A stretch of 32,000 bases of DNA from Nitrosopumilaceae archaeon (GCA_040877685.1 JBBDNF010000019.1:2787-34786); one strand, 5' to 3'; numbered from the stretch's first letter, positions 1-9,172 are shown. Notes: generated from the sequence alone by a model not told the origin. Numbers and translations: made by a program.

Positions 1-287
1 TTAAATGCCATATAGTCAGCTCGTATGATATCAACTTTGAATGGTGGACTGCCATCATGGCTGTGATAAAAATCACCATGAGTTGCTATATACAGAATAG
101 TACGATTGACTGGATCAATTCCTAATCCGTGTATATGTTGCCATCCTACCGTTCTTGAATACAATGGAGAAGCTGAATTTTGTGTGTTAAGAGCATACTG
201 GATGGCTATTACCCATCCAATAACCATAATTCCAACGCTGATAGCAATGAGTTTCTTGTCACTTGGTATTGTTAATTTTTTATTCAT
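1..287 (-). CDS. N-terminal 95 codons (runs off left edge) of a membrane-anchored beta-propeller-like protein (BNR/Ycf48-like)
   Basis: Own minus-strand translation from ATG at 287: MNKKLTIPSDKKLIAISVGIMVIGWVIAIQYALNTQ...GWQHIHGLGIDPVNRTILYIATHGDFYHSHDG. It stays open to position 1 and has an N-terminal TM helix. It is absent from the ORF track because no stop lies in the window. It competes with the antisense ORF 106..396. Confidence 0.55.
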   Translation of the reverse strand, partial: MNKKLTIPSDKKLIAISVGIMVIGWVIAIQYALNTQNSASPLYSRTVGWQHIHGLGIDPVNRTILYIATHGDFYHSHDGSPPFKVDIIRADYMAF

Positions 288-464
288 ACGAGTTAAAACC
301 ACTTTGCTAGTTTTGCCACATCACATAAAGACATTTTTCCAAATTTGTTCCAAAACTAAACTTCATTTTAGTTTAGACAACATCTTCACATATTAAACAA
401 TAGCACTTTACAAATGTAAAGTGCTGGATTGATATAATAATAAGCACAATACAGAGTTACTAAA

Positions 465-953
465 ATGAAAAAATTGATAATTGGTATCATAGTAGCAATA
501 GGAATTTTTGCATTAGTCCTTTCTTACCATTCTTTAAACATTGATGCAAACGCTATGACTGGATCAAACATGGGTTCAATGATGAAAACTGGGAATATGA
601 TGAATATGATGAGCCAAATTCCTCAGGATGTGATAGTTAAAGTCACATCAGCACAGGTGATAAAGACTGACAAAGAATCAAAAATCACATTATTGGTTTT
701 AGATAAAGAGACCAAAAAACCACTTACCAATGCTCAAGTAATAATTGGAATAGAAAAGGGAACATCAATGACAACCATGAATATGTTAGGTGGGATGTTT
801 AACGCCGAAGATATAGGCAATGGAAAATATGTTGTGAGATTTAGCCCACCTGATAAAGGACATTATACATTGCATACGCATGTTATCCCAGCTGGCAAGT
901 CAATGCATTCAATGATGAACAATCACTTAGACATTGGAATAATTGCGACTTGA
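465..953 (+). CDS. Secreted or membrane-anchored Met-rich protein with a YtkA/FixH-like Ig-fold domain (putative Cu-binding)
   Basis: N-terminal hydrophobic helix. Met cluster MTGSNMGSMMKTGNMMNMMS plus a C-terminal SMHSMMNNH. The central pattern (LLVLDKETKKPLTNAQV...GNGKYVVRF...GHYTLHTHV) resembles the YtkA-like fold. A TATA-like gatataataataa lies about 25-35 bp upstream. Confidence 0.7.
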   Translation: MKKLIIGIIVAIGIFALVLSYHSLNIDANAMTGSNMGSMMKTGNMMNMMSQIPQDVIVKVTSAQVIKTDKESKITLLVLDKETKKPLTNAQVIIGIEKGTSMTTMNMLGGMFNAEDIGNGKYVVRFSPPDKGHYTLHTHVIPAGKSMHSMMNNHLDIGIIAT

Positions 954-995
954 TGCAATCTTAATCAGATTTTCTATTTGATGCTAACCAAACGC

Positions 996-1367
996 CTATC
1001 CAATCAGCTTTATGATTATTGGCTCTATCTTATTTGAAATTTCCATGATTTTATGATTGTCTACATTTCGTTCACAACTGACATACACCATCATGTCATC
1101 GATATAGTACACCAGCTGGTGTACTTTGTCCCTGACCGTATGCATAAAAGTAACCCTTCCTAGTGACTCATCAAATAACCCCTGCATCAACTTCATGACG
1201 CTTAGATCTGCAGAAAGCACCTCCTGTTCCCTTTGGCTTACCAAAAGCTTCTTGCCTTCTTTCATTTCGCCATGGAGGATGTTTCCCTTTTCACCAATGA
1301 TTCCTACATAACGAATCGAATCATCCACAGCCAGAATTTTATCTGCAATGTTTTTAAAATATGACAA
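996..1367 (-). CDS. Hypothetical protein, weak roadblock/LC7-like pattern
   Basis: 123-aa ORF with ATG start that fills the gap between flanking genes. The antisense 61-aa ORF is less plausible. No diagnostic motif was recognised. Confidence 0.55.
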   Translation of the reverse strand: MSYFKNIADKILAVDDSIRYVGIIGEKGNILHGEMKEGKKLLVSQREQEVLSADLSVMKLMQGLFDESLGRVTFMHTVRDKVHQLVYYIDDMMVYVSCERNVDNHKIMEISNKIEPIIIKLIG

Positions 1368-1461
1368 TTTTGTGATTCGTCAAAGGTAGAATTACAAAAG
1401 ATATTAGTCCAACTTTACAAGCTAGCTAAGTATTTGCTGTTCTAGCTAAGCTGGCCAGTCG

Positions 1462-2763
1462 TTGCAGACTCGGAAATTTAATAGTCTGCATTTCCATCTA
1501 CATGTATTGAAAACCAAACTCATGTTGGTTCTTACGCTCCTTCTTGTTGGAATCCTGTCTGCTTTTGGTGAGCCAGTTCTAAAAGACAAAGATCTAGCTG
1601 CTAAAAAATTCGTGCAGGATCTTTCACAACCTACTACTATGGCTTTTGTAGGAGATGACATCTTGGTTTTGCAAAAAAACGATGGAAAGGTACGTCTTGT
1701 TAGAGATGGTGCGTTGCAAGAAAAACCCGTCCTTGATGTAAATGTCAGTAATGATAGTGAGCGGGGGCTGCTTGGAATTACTACTGTGGGTTCTGCAGTC
1801 TATCTGTACTTTACAGAATCAACAACTGACGGTGGGCAACCTCTTGGAAATCGTATCTACAGATATGACTGGGATGGACAGGCACTGGTGAATCCAGCAT
1901 TGATCCAGGATCTTCCAGCAACACCTGGCCCTAATCATGATGGAGGAGCTATGGTAACAGGTTTGGATGGTACTGTATATGCAGTCATTGGAGACCTAAA
2001 CAGAAACGGCATACTGCAAAACTATCCAAACGGTCAGCCAGATAATACAAGTGTAATTTTGCGCGTTGAGCAAGGAACCTATTATGCAATAGGGATACGA
2101 AACAGCTTTGGTTTGGCAATAGATCCAATCACCGGTAATCTTTGGCAAACAGAAAACGGACCAAATAATTATGATGAAGTCAACCTCGTGCCTCCAAACT
2201 TTAACAGCGGATGGGAAACGATAATGGGTCCAGCTACAGAATCTGAACTCTCACTTTTACCTGTCTTTGATAACTTCGTTTACAGTGATCCTGAATTTAG
2301 CTGGCAAGAAGTAGTTGCACCAACAGCACTGACTTTTACCGGTCCCACAGGATTTGAAAAGTACAAAAACAGCCTCTTTGTAGGCGATTGCAATTTTGGA
2401 AACCTCTACAAATTTGAACTAAACCCAGACAGGGCAGGATTTGTGTTTGAAGATCCTGTTTTAGCTGATAATGTAATCAACACTGGAGAAAGAATGGAAG
2501 AAATTGGATTTGGAACAGGATTTGGCTGTATCACAGATTTAGAAGTTGGGCCTGATGGCTCTCTGTATGTAGTATCACTCACACATGGTGCAATTTATAC
2601 AATAACTCCACAAACAATGATGGCTGATCAAGATGTAGAATCAACCATCCCTGTTCAATATCTAGAATACATCACAATTGCAGCACTAATAATAATCGCT
2701 ATAATTGTTCTCAAAAAAGTGCGTAGCAAGAATGCCACGCAATCAAAGACCACTCAACCATAA
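1462..2763 (+). CDS. PQQ-dependent sugar (glucose/sorbosone) dehydrogenase-like beta-propeller, signal peptide plus C-terminal TM anchor
   Basis: Motifs GLLGI, PNHDGG, GIRNSFGLAIDP, LWQTENGP and DEVN are typical of soluble sugar dehydrogenase propellers. Hydrophobic C-terminal helix IAALIIIAIIVL is followed by a basic tail. The true start may be the internal Met at 1522 (MLVLTLLLVGILSAFG). Confidence 0.8.
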   Translation: MQTRKFNSLHFHLHVLKTKLMLVLTLLLVGILSAFGEPVLKDKDLAAKKFVQDLSQPTTMAFVGDDILVLQKNDGKVRLVRDGALQEKPVLDVNVSNDSERGLLGITTVGSAVYLYFTESTTDGGQPLGNRIYRYDWDGQALVNPALIQDLPATPGPNHDGGAMVTGLDGTVYAVIGDLNRNGILQNYPNGQPDNTSVILRVEQGTYYAIGIRNSFGLAIDPITGNLWQTENGPNNYDEVNLVPPNFNSGWETIMGPATESELSLLPVFDNFVYSDPEFSWQEVVAPTALTFTGPTGFEKYKNSLFVGDCNFGNLYKFELNPDRAGFVFEDPVLADNVINTGERMEEIGFGTGFGCITDLEVGPDGSLYVVSLTHGAIYTITPQTMMADQDVESTIPVQYLEYITIAALIIIAIIVLKKVRSKNATQSKTTQP

Positions 2764-2777
2764 GAAACTAGTTTCAG

Positions 2778-2785
2778 TTATATAA
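2778..2785 (+). promoter_or_regulatory. TATA box of tRNA-Leu
   Basis: ttatataa ends about 22 bp upstream of the tRNA 5' end at 2807, which is normal archaeal TATA spacing. Confidence 0.45.
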
Positions 2786-2806
2786 TCATGATTTGAAGTT
2801 CACCTT

Positions 2807-2907
2807 GCAGGGGTATCGAAGCCCGGCCAACCGAGAAGGACTCAAGATCTTGGCAATGGGAAATCCTTTCCCTTAGGGGTTCGGGGGTTCAAATCCCTCC
2901 CCCTGCA
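2807..2907 (+). tRNA. tRNA-Leu(CAA), type II, with a roughly 16-nt intron at the canonical 37/38 position (about 2847..2862)
   Basis: Folded by hand. Acceptor GCAGGGG/CCCCTGC plus discriminator A. Anticodon stem AAGGA (2836-2840)/TCCTT (2864-2868). Loop CT-CAA-G[intron]A. Long variable arm TCCCTTAGGGGTTC. T arm GGGGG-TTCAAAT-CCCTC. No encoded CCA. Confidence 0.85.
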
Positions 2908-2917
2908 CTTTACGATC

Positions 2918-2923
2918 TTTTTT
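2918..2923 (+). terminator. Oligo-T terminator after tRNA-Leu
   Basis: A T6 run sits 11 nt after the tRNA 3' end. Archaeal RNAP terminates at oligo-T tracts. Confidence 0.35.
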
Positions 2924-3053
2924 CTGTCGTCTCAACCGTTGCTTGCGATTCAGTTCATCAAAACCGCGATGGTTATCTCCCACGATATATTTTATAATGA
3001 TAGATATTTCCATCTTTTCAAAATTCAATCAAATGTAAAATAATTAGAATAAT

Positions 3054-3176
3054 CTACACTTTGAGCATCTGAACTTCACGGACAGTATGTTTTGAGAGAT
3101 CTTCGTGAAGCATTGCGTGGGATTCGTCGGTAAAAGTCAGATTACATCTATAACATTTCCACGCTTTTGTACTCAT
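3054..3176 (-). CDS. Small (40 aa) C2H2 zinc-finger protein
   Basis: Own translation: MSTKAWKCYRCNLTFTDESHAMLHEDLSKHTVREVQMLKV. It fits the classical C-x2-C-x12-H-x3-H spacing. It is below the size cutoff of the ORF track. A further 39-aa ORF (3186..3305, minus) lies 9 nt upstream. Confidence 0.5.
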   Translation of the reverse strand: MSTKAWKCYRCNLTFTDESHAMLHEDLSKHTVREVQMLKV

Positions 3177-3371
3177 ATCATATAATTAGTCATTTTTACT
3201 TATAAGTATATTGTACAATTCGTCTGTTTTATTGTAGAACACACGATCTAAATCAAATAAGCTTACAATTTTTAATGCAATTCTACACACTTTTCGCGTT
3301 TTCATGACGCCTATATTGCCAAAAACAAGGATTTAGAATCAATTAAAGGATCTTGCAAATTTAGAAAACTA

Positions 3372-3992
3372 TTGGCAGACATCTTTGAAACTCTAAGCGA
3401 GTTATCATACCTTGGAATTTTTCTTTTACTTATTGCAATGAACGCTTCACCAATTTTAATGCCGCCCACCTGGATAGTTCTGGCATCTTTTTACAACATA
3501 GATCCAACCCTAGCCCAGCCTACCCTTGCTATTGTTGGAGCAACAGGAGCATTGATTGGGCGTGTCATCCTCATGTACATCACTAGATTCTTTCGCAGAT
3601 TCATTGGTACCGAAAGAAAATCAAACCTTGATAAACTTGCTGAGTTTATGAAAAATAAAAAATACGGATTTTTTTCTGCGTCGTTTCTTTTTGCAATAAC
3701 GCCACTTCCGAGTAATTTGTTATTTATGGCATACGGAATAATGAAGGTAAAAAATATAGCTCTTTTTGCAGGATTCTGGATAGGCAGGGCAATTGCATAT
3801 TATGTGATGCTGTCACTCAGCACAGTAACGTTAAAACCATTTTTAGAATTATTTGACGACAGCTTGGTTGGCATATTGGTTACAGACATTGGCAGTATAG
3901 TGATGATTGTGGTATTTGCGTGTGTAAGCTGGGAAAAATTATTGACTGAAAGAAAGCTCTCATTTGTAAAACCAAAATTATGGCGATTCTGA
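3372..3992 (+). CDS. Polytopic membrane protein, DedA/VTT (SNARE-associated)-like
   Basis: Five to six hydrophobic segments, the GRVILMYITRFF pattern, and a TTG start. The family assignment is tentative. Confidence 0.6.
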   Translation: MADIFETLSELSYLGIFLLLIAMNASPILMPPTWIVLASFYNIDPTLAQPTLAIVGATGALIGRVILMYITRFFRRFIGTERKSNLDKLAEFMKNKKYGFFSASFLFAITPLPSNLLFMAYGIMKVKNIALFAGFWIGRAIAYYVMLSLSTVTLKPFLELFDDSLVGILVTDIGSIVMIVVFACVSWEKLLTERKLSFVKPKLWRF

Positions 3993-3993
3993 A

Positions 3994-4617
3994 TTGAGAT
4001 CAATTGAAAAGCTAAAGGCTGAAGTTCAAAAAAGAATGATACCAAATGACCCAGCGCATGATTTTGAACATATAATGCGAGTTTACAAAAACGCACAAAA
4101 ACTAGCAAAAAAAGAAAAAGCAAACACGAAGCTTGTCCTTGCAGCTGTACTATTACATGATGTTATATCTTTTCCAAAATCAGATAGCAGATCCAAAACC
4201 TCGTCTACAAAAAGTGCCTTAGAGGCACAAAAGATACTCAAAAAATATGATTATTCTAATGATGACATAAAGATAGTCTCAGATGCCATACGTGACCACA
4301 GCTTCTCAAAGGGAGTGGTTCCACGCACCATTGAAGGCAGGGTGCTTCAGGATGCAGACAGGCTTGACGCCCTAGGCGCAATTGGAATAGCAAGGACATT
4401 TGCCGTGGGGGGAGCTGAAAAAAGGCCATTTTATAGCAAACATGATACATTTTGCCACATCAGAAAACCAGATGACCAGAACTGGACTTTGGATCATTTT
4501 TACAAAAAGCTTCTACATTTAGAAAAAAAGATGAATACAAAGACAGCAAAAACAGAAGCAAGGCGTAGAACCAAAATAATGAAAAAATTTCTTAATGATT
4601 TAAAAAAAGAGCTCTAA
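3994..4617 (+). CDS. HD-domain metal-dependent phosphohydrolase
   Basis: H...HD motif (FEHIMRV ... LLHDV), RDHSF and DADRLDALGAIGIAR. TTG start 1 nt after the upstream stop. Confidence 0.85.
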   Translation: MRSIEKLKAEVQKRMIPNDPAHDFEHIMRVYKNAQKLAKKEKANTKLVLAAVLLHDVISFPKSDSRSKTSSTKSALEAQKILKKYDYSNDDIKIVSDAIRDHSFSKGVVPRTIEGRVLQDADRLDALGAIGIARTFAVGGAEKRPFYSKHDTFCHIRKPDDQNWTLDHFYKKLLHLEKKMNTKTAKTEARRRTKIMKKFLNDLKKEL

Positions 4618-4925
4618 CCATAATCTACGTATCTATCAAATCTTTTTTCCACTTCGAGATTTTTTCCAGCAAGAATTTTTCCTATCTCATCTTGGTATCT
4701 TTTTTTAGCAAATGTAACCATCTCCTGAAAATTTTCAGATTTAGGAAACGAATCTATAAAACTGTCTAGCATCTTGACGTACTCTACAACTTTGTTTCTA
4801 TATTCTTCTCTTGTTGGTTTTTTTATTTTGTTTACACGAAACCAGATTACCGCCCAACTTGATCCTATGACATGTGGCAGCAAATCAAAGGCGCGATCTA
4901 ATTCAAAGCCTTCGTCTTCACGCAT
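4614..4925 (-). CDS. Hypothetical protein, last gene of the sirC-hemA-hemB transcription unit
   Basis: 103-aa ORF starting 3 nt after the hemB stop. Its 3' end overlaps the convergent HD gene by 4 nt. No motif recognised. Confidence 0.6.
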   Translation of the reverse strand: MREDEGFELDRAFDLLPHVIGSSWAVIWFRVNKIKKPTREEYRNKVVEYVKMLDSFIDSFPKSENFQEMVTFAKKRYQDEIGKILAGKNLEVEKRFDRYVDYG

Positions 4926-4928
4926 TTC

Positions 4929-5912
4929 CTATCCATTTAATGTCTTTGCAGCAATCTTAGAAAGATATGTAACTATCATGTCTGCACCAGCTCGCTTGAT
5001 TGCAGTCAAAATTTCCAGAGTAACTTCATTTTCATCAATCCATCCTTGCTTGGCAGCAGCCTTTACCAAAGAATATTCGCCAGAAACGCTGTATGCAGAT
5101 ATTGGTATGTTGAAACTGCTTCTTGTCTTTGCAATCAAATCAAGATATGCTAGTGCAGGCTTTATCATTACAATATCAACTCCCTCAGAAATGTCGGCCT
5201 CTACTTCCCTCATTGCTTCTGTTGGGTTTGTATACGGAAGCTGGTACGTCTTTCTGTCTCCAAACTGTGGTGCACAGTGAGCCATGTCCCTAAATGGCGA
5301 ATACAAAGACGAGCGGTGCTTCGCAGAGTGCGACATTATTGCCACATCACTAAATCCAGCATCATCAAGTCCATGTCTTATTGCCTTTACTTGTCCATCC
5401 ATCATTGCAGAAGGTGATACTACATCAACGCCAGCCTGAGCTTGGCTAACAGCTATCTTTGTTAGAACATCCAAGCTGGAATCATTATCTATTTTATCGC
5501 CTTTGACAAGTCCACAGTGGCCCGCGTTTGTGTATTGGCAGAGGCAAACGTCTGACATTATCGCAATTTCATTGCCAAGGTTTTTTCTTATTTCAGAAAT
5601 AGCTTTTTGAACAACTCCATCTTGTGCAAAAGCCGATGTGCCTTTGTCGTCTTTTGTTGCTGGAATTCCAAATATCATTACTGCAGGAATCTTCAGATCA
5701 GCTATAGAGTTTACTTCGTTTACTAGATCCTTTATTGGAAGCCTTTCAATGTCAGGCATGGATTCTACTTGCATTCTTGATTTCAAATCTTCCTGAACAA
5801 AGATAGGACATATGAGATCTTTTGGAGAGAGTCTTACTTCTTCTAAGAGCTCACGAATTTTCTTGCTTTTTCGTAGTCGTCTTAGTCTAACATTAGGAAA
5901 AGTCATACGCAA
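4929..5912 (-). CDS. hemB: Porphobilinogen synthase (5-aminolevulinate dehydratase)
   Basis: N-terminal RLRRLR, active-site region DVCLCQYTNAGHCG, IMIKPALAYLD and SGEY motifs, 327 aa. Confidence 0.95.
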   Translation of the reverse strand: MRMTFPNVRLRRLRKSKKIRELLEEVRLSPKDLICPIFVQEDLKSRMQVESMPDIERLPIKDLVNEVNSIADLKIPAVMIFGIPATKDDKGTSAFAQDGVVQKAISEIRKNLGNEIAIMSDVCLCQYTNAGHCGLVKGDKIDNDSSLDVLTKIAVSQAQAGVDVVSPSAMMDGQVKAIRHGLDDAGFSDVAIMSHSAKHRSSLYSPFRDMAHCAPQFGDRKTYQLPYTNPTEAMREVEADISEGVDIVMIKPALAYLDLIAKTRSSFNIPISAYSVSGEYSLVKAAAKQGWIDENEVTLEILTAIKRAGADMIVTYLSKIAAKTLNG

Positions 5913-5941
5913 AAAATACTATTTGCTAGCAATATAATCTG

Positions 5942-7195
5942 TTACTCTTTTTTATAATCAAAAAGTTTGCTGACGGTTTTGAGCAACTCAGGGTCACCTT
6001 GCTCTGACGCACGTCTCAGATTGTTCATTGGAGTTGATATGATTCCCTCAACAATTGCTTGCGTGAGCTGCTCAATTATTCGTATTTTTTCTTTGTCTGT
6101 CTCTCCTAGCATCTGTAACGCTTTTTTGAGCTCCTTTACACGGACCGTATCGATGTCTTTGAACACATTTTTTACGACAGGTTCTACTTCCAATCTCTTC
6201 ATTACCGCCTCTACTACTGGCAGCTCTTCACTAATTATTTTTTCCGCAGAGGAAACCTCGCCAATCCTGCTTCGCATGTTCTTGTCAACCATTTCTGCTA
6301 CCTGATCCAAGTTGAACATCTTTATGTTGCTTATGGTGGCAATCTTTTCATCAACGGTTCTTGGATTGGACAGGTCAAGGATCATCATGCCTTTCTTTTT
6401 CGAGTCCATGGCATTTTTTATTCTGTCATATGTAACAAGGAAATATGGCGCAACCGTTGCAACAAACAAGACATCAACTGCCTTGAAATTTGCAAGCGCA
6501 TCTTCAAACTTGATTGGTTTTCCACCAACCGTTTCTGCAAATGACTTTGATCTCTCAAAGGTCCTGCTTGTTACAAAAAATTCCATGTTTCTTTTTTTGA
6601 GTGATTTTGCAACAAGGCTAGCTGCTTCACCTGTTCCTATAAGCAAAACATGTTTTGATTTCAAATCATCAATATTTTCCTCAGCAAGTTTGACTGCCAT
6701 GGAACCAATCGAGATGCTGCCCTGGTTTATTCCAGTGGCGTTTCTTACTCTAGTACCTACTCGAACTGCTTTATCAAAAAGTGTATTCAGGTGGGCTCCA
6801 GAGGCTTTTACTTTTCTTGCTGTTGTAATTGAGTTCTTTACCTGTCCAAGTATCTGCTCTTCTCCAACTACAAGCGAGTCAAGCCCTGCTGTTAATTTTA
6901 AAAGATGCTCATATGCATCAGGACCTTCACTTACTTGCAGGTTTTCCTTGAAGGCATTTTCCTCAAGGCCTGATATAGATGCCCATGTCTTTTTTATCCT
7001 ATCAATATCCTGGCTATTTCCTGCTCCAAAGATCTCAACACGGTTACAGGTCTGAAGTATGACACACTCGCGTAATCCAGAATGCTCCAAAAAAGCAGAA
7101 TAGGCAGAATCCATGTCCCTGAAGGTGAACCTTTCAAGCATGTGTATTGGGGAGTTGCGAAAAGTAACTCTAGCATTGACTACACCAAGGCTCAT
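5942..7195 (-). CDS. hemA: Glutamyl-tRNA reductase
   Basis: ILQTCNRVEIF catalytic-Cys motif, GEEQILGQVK, NAD-binding LLIGTGEAA, 417 aa. ATGA overlap with the upstream gene. Confidence 0.95.
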   Translation of the reverse strand: MSLGVVNARVTFRNSPIHMLERFTFRDMDSAYSAFLEHSGLRECVILQTCNRVEIFGAGNSQDIDRIKKTWASISGLEENAFKENLQVSEGPDAYEHLLKLTAGLDSLVVGEEQILGQVKNSITTARKVKASGAHLNTLFDKAVRVGTRVRNATGINQGSISIGSMAVKLAEENIDDLKSKHVLLIGTGEAASLVAKSLKKRNMEFFVTSRTFERSKSFAETVGGKPIKFEDALANFKAVDVLFVATVAPYFLVTYDRIKNAMDSKKKGMMILDLSNPRTVDEKIATISNIKMFNLDQVAEMVDKNMRSRIGEVSSAEKIISEELPVVEAVMKRLEVEPVVKNVFKDIDTVRVKELKKALQMLGETDKEKIRIIEQLTQAIVEGIISTPMNNLRRASEQGDPELLKTVSKLFDYKKE

Positions 7196-7857
7196 TTTAA
7201 ATCACCTAACATCTTCATAACACGCTTTTGTGCTTTTTTAAAATCTCCGTCTTTTATTAACTGTTTTACTTGATTATCGTTTAAGACGCTGTACAGGAAT
7301 TTTTTGCGTTCGATAGGTGTTGCAAGCCTGCTTTTTGCCGCACTCCTAGCTATTTCTTGCAGTTTTATCTGGTAGATGTCTTCTTTCTTAATAATTTTTT
7401 TAAAGACTTTTTCCGCCTGCATTCTTATTTTTCTTGCCATGGCAGGACTTCGGCCGCCAGTAGAAATTGCGATCTGAACAGTGTCTTCTATGTTAATTGC
7501 AGATGGATGGGAAAAGTCGCTAACTGAAGGATCATCAGCTGCATAAGCATAACAGCGCATCTGTTTTGCCTTTTCTACAATTTTTCTGTTCAACGCTTTA
7601 TCATCGGTTGTGGCCATCACCATAAATGGTCTGTACTTTGACAAAAAACCCGCGTCTTTTAGTTTCATTTTTTTAAAAGTTATTTTTTTCTGTTTTACAT
7701 AGTTTGCAATCTGTTGATTTGTTTTGTCACTTATCAGCAGTATTTTACAGTCTTGTGTTAAAAGGGAGTTTATTTTTTTCAATCCTTCTTGTCCGCCACC
7801 TACCACCATAACTAAATTTCCTTTCAGGTTTAGATCAACTATCAATGACTCTGGCAC
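7192..7857 (-). CDS. sirC: Precorrin-2 dehydrogenase / sirohydrochlorin ferrochelatase (siroheme synthase N-domain type)
   Basis: Rossmann motif VMVVGGGQEGLKKINSLL, ISTGGRSPAMARKIR motif, GTG start, 221 aa. Confidence 0.85.
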   Translation of the reverse strand: MPESLIVDLNLKGNLVMVVGGGQEGLKKINSLLTQDCKILLISDKTNQQIANYVKQKKITFKKMKLKDAGFLSKYRPFMVMATTDDKALNRKIVEKAKQMRCYAYAADDPSVSDFSHPSAINIEDTVQIAISTGGRSPAMARKIRMQAEKVFKKIIKKEDIYQIKLQEIARSAAKSRLATPIERKKFLYSVLNDNQVKQLIKDGDFKKAQKRVMKMLGDLK

Positions 7858-7945
7858 GTGTTGAATGGTATTTATTTTTTTAAATGATAATAGAAAGCTA
7901 AGTTGACTTATATTGCATATTTCTGACTTGAATTACTGAATAATA

Positions 7946-8213
7946 TTGGCAATTGCCTCAATTGGAGTTGCATTTGGCCTACTTTCTATCGCACTACAAT
8001 CACACCTTAGAAATGCAATAGCAGGTATTGGCATTTACATGAATCCTCAAATTAACATAGGAGACGTGCTTGAAGTTGACGGAAAAAAAGGAGTGGTAGT
8101 AGAAATACATCTGACTAACCATCTTGTTGACTGATGACGGACAACGTGTTTTCATTCCTAACCTTAAATTCACCGAGTCTGTTATGACAATTTCACACAA
8201 AAAAACTAATTAG
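7946..8213 (+). pseudogene. Remnant of an MscS-type mechanosensitive channel gene (core fragment only, frameshifted)
   Basis: The 62-aa ORF reads IASIGVAFGLLSIALQSHLRNAIAGIGIYMNPQINIGDVLEVDGKKGVVVEIHL (MscS TM3/beta-domain pattern) and stops at 8132-8134. The homology continues in another frame from 8130 as TDDGQRVFIPNLKFTESVMTISHKK, up to the TAG at 8211-8213. No N-terminal TM helices or C-terminal domain are present. Confidence 0.6.
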
Positions 8214-8359
8214 AAACTTTTATTCCTATCAGAAGAAGCAGATAGCAATAAATTTCCTCAAAAGACATTTTTTATACTATAAATTAATTTTAAAAACGTT
8301 AGTAAAGCATTTTTCGAAAATAGCTACTTTTAAAAAACATAAAAACAATCCACATCGAT

Positions 8360-9172
8360 ATGGGAAATGAATTTCGTAGAACTAGAAAAATGTTTGACAA
8401 ATTCCATCTTCATTTCAATCAGATTGCGCCAAAATATCGTGATCTAAGAATTACAGATGTGGCTCCAATCGTATTCATTACAAACAAACTACAAGATCTG
8501 CCACACATACATGCTGCAGATATTGGTTGTGGGGCAGGAAGATACACTCTAAAATTTATGGAACACCTAGGTGAAAAGTGCCATCTTTACTGCGTTGATA
8601 GTACACATGGCATGTTAAGACAGCTTAAGGAATATCTCACAAGGAATAATGTTGTTAACTTCTTACCAATCAAAGGTGACGCACACAAAATACCACTCCA
8701 AACAAGTTCTCTTGATTGCGTCATGACTTTCAACGCAGTTCACCACTTTCGCTTGCAGTACTTTTTGAAAGAATCTTCAAGAGTTCTTAAAAAGAATGGC
8801 AAGCTCTTCATTTACACTCGTCTTAGAGATCAAAACGCTAGAACCATCTGGGGCATGCATTTCCCATCATTTCATGAAAAAGAAAAGCGCCTTTACGAGC
8901 TAGATCATCTTAAAAATATTTTTGAAAAGGATCCAAACCTTAACATCAACTCCATAAAATTCTTTGAACACGACAGAGTTTTTCCCTTAGAAATGCTTGT
9001 TGAAAAAGTAAAAAATCATCACTATTCGACGTTCAAATTTTATGGTAAAAAGGAGTTTAGAGAAGCCCTACATAAATTCAAGAAAAATATACTTAGACAC
9101 TATGAAGATCCTAACAAAATAAGCTGGAAGGATGAAAATACACTCCTAGTAATTGAGAATATTCAAGAATGA
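8360..9172 (+). CDS. Class I SAM-dependent methyltransferase
   Basis: Motif I DIGCGAGRYT, post-I LYCVD and motif II DCVMTFNAVHH, 270 aa. Confidence 0.85.
   Translation: MGNEFRRTRKMFDKFHLHFNQIAPKYRDLRITDVAPIVFITNKLQDLPHIHAADIGCGAGRYTLKFMEHLGEKCHLYCVDSTHGMLRQLKEYLTRNNVVNFLPIKGDAHKIPLQTSSLDCVMTFNAVHHFRLQYFLKESSRVLKKNGKLFIYTRLRDQNARTIWGMHFPSFHEKEKRLYELDHLKNIFEKDPNLNINSIKFFEHDRVFPLEMLVEKVKNHHYSTFKFYGKKEFREALHKFKKNILRHYEDPNKISWKDENTLLVIENIQE

Noticed and set aside
106-396. 96-aa plus-strand ORF from the track
   Set aside because: It is antisense to a better minus-strand ORF (1..287) that has a TM helix and a propeller-type HGLGIDP/ATHGD motif. Its sequence is low-complexity hydrophobic with no motif.
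2908-3022. Minus-strand ORF starting MEISIIIKYIVGDNHRGFDELNRKQRLRRQKK
   Set aside because: It reads through into the tRNA-Leu gene, and there is no motif or start-context support.
6312-7055. 247-aa plus-strand ORF, plus 5967..6305, 4774..5280 and 7082..7273
   Set aside because: All lie entirely antisense to the strongly supported hemA, hemB and sirC genes. They are Ser/Phe/Thr-rich mirror-frame artefacts.
8131-8200. TGATGA at 8132-8137, considered as the C box of a C/D-box sRNA; also TTGATGA on the minus strand near 2960
   Set aside because: No CTGA D box lies at the right distance, and there is no terminal pairing. In the 2960 case a CTGA follows the C box after 1 nt, which does not fit the C/D architecture.
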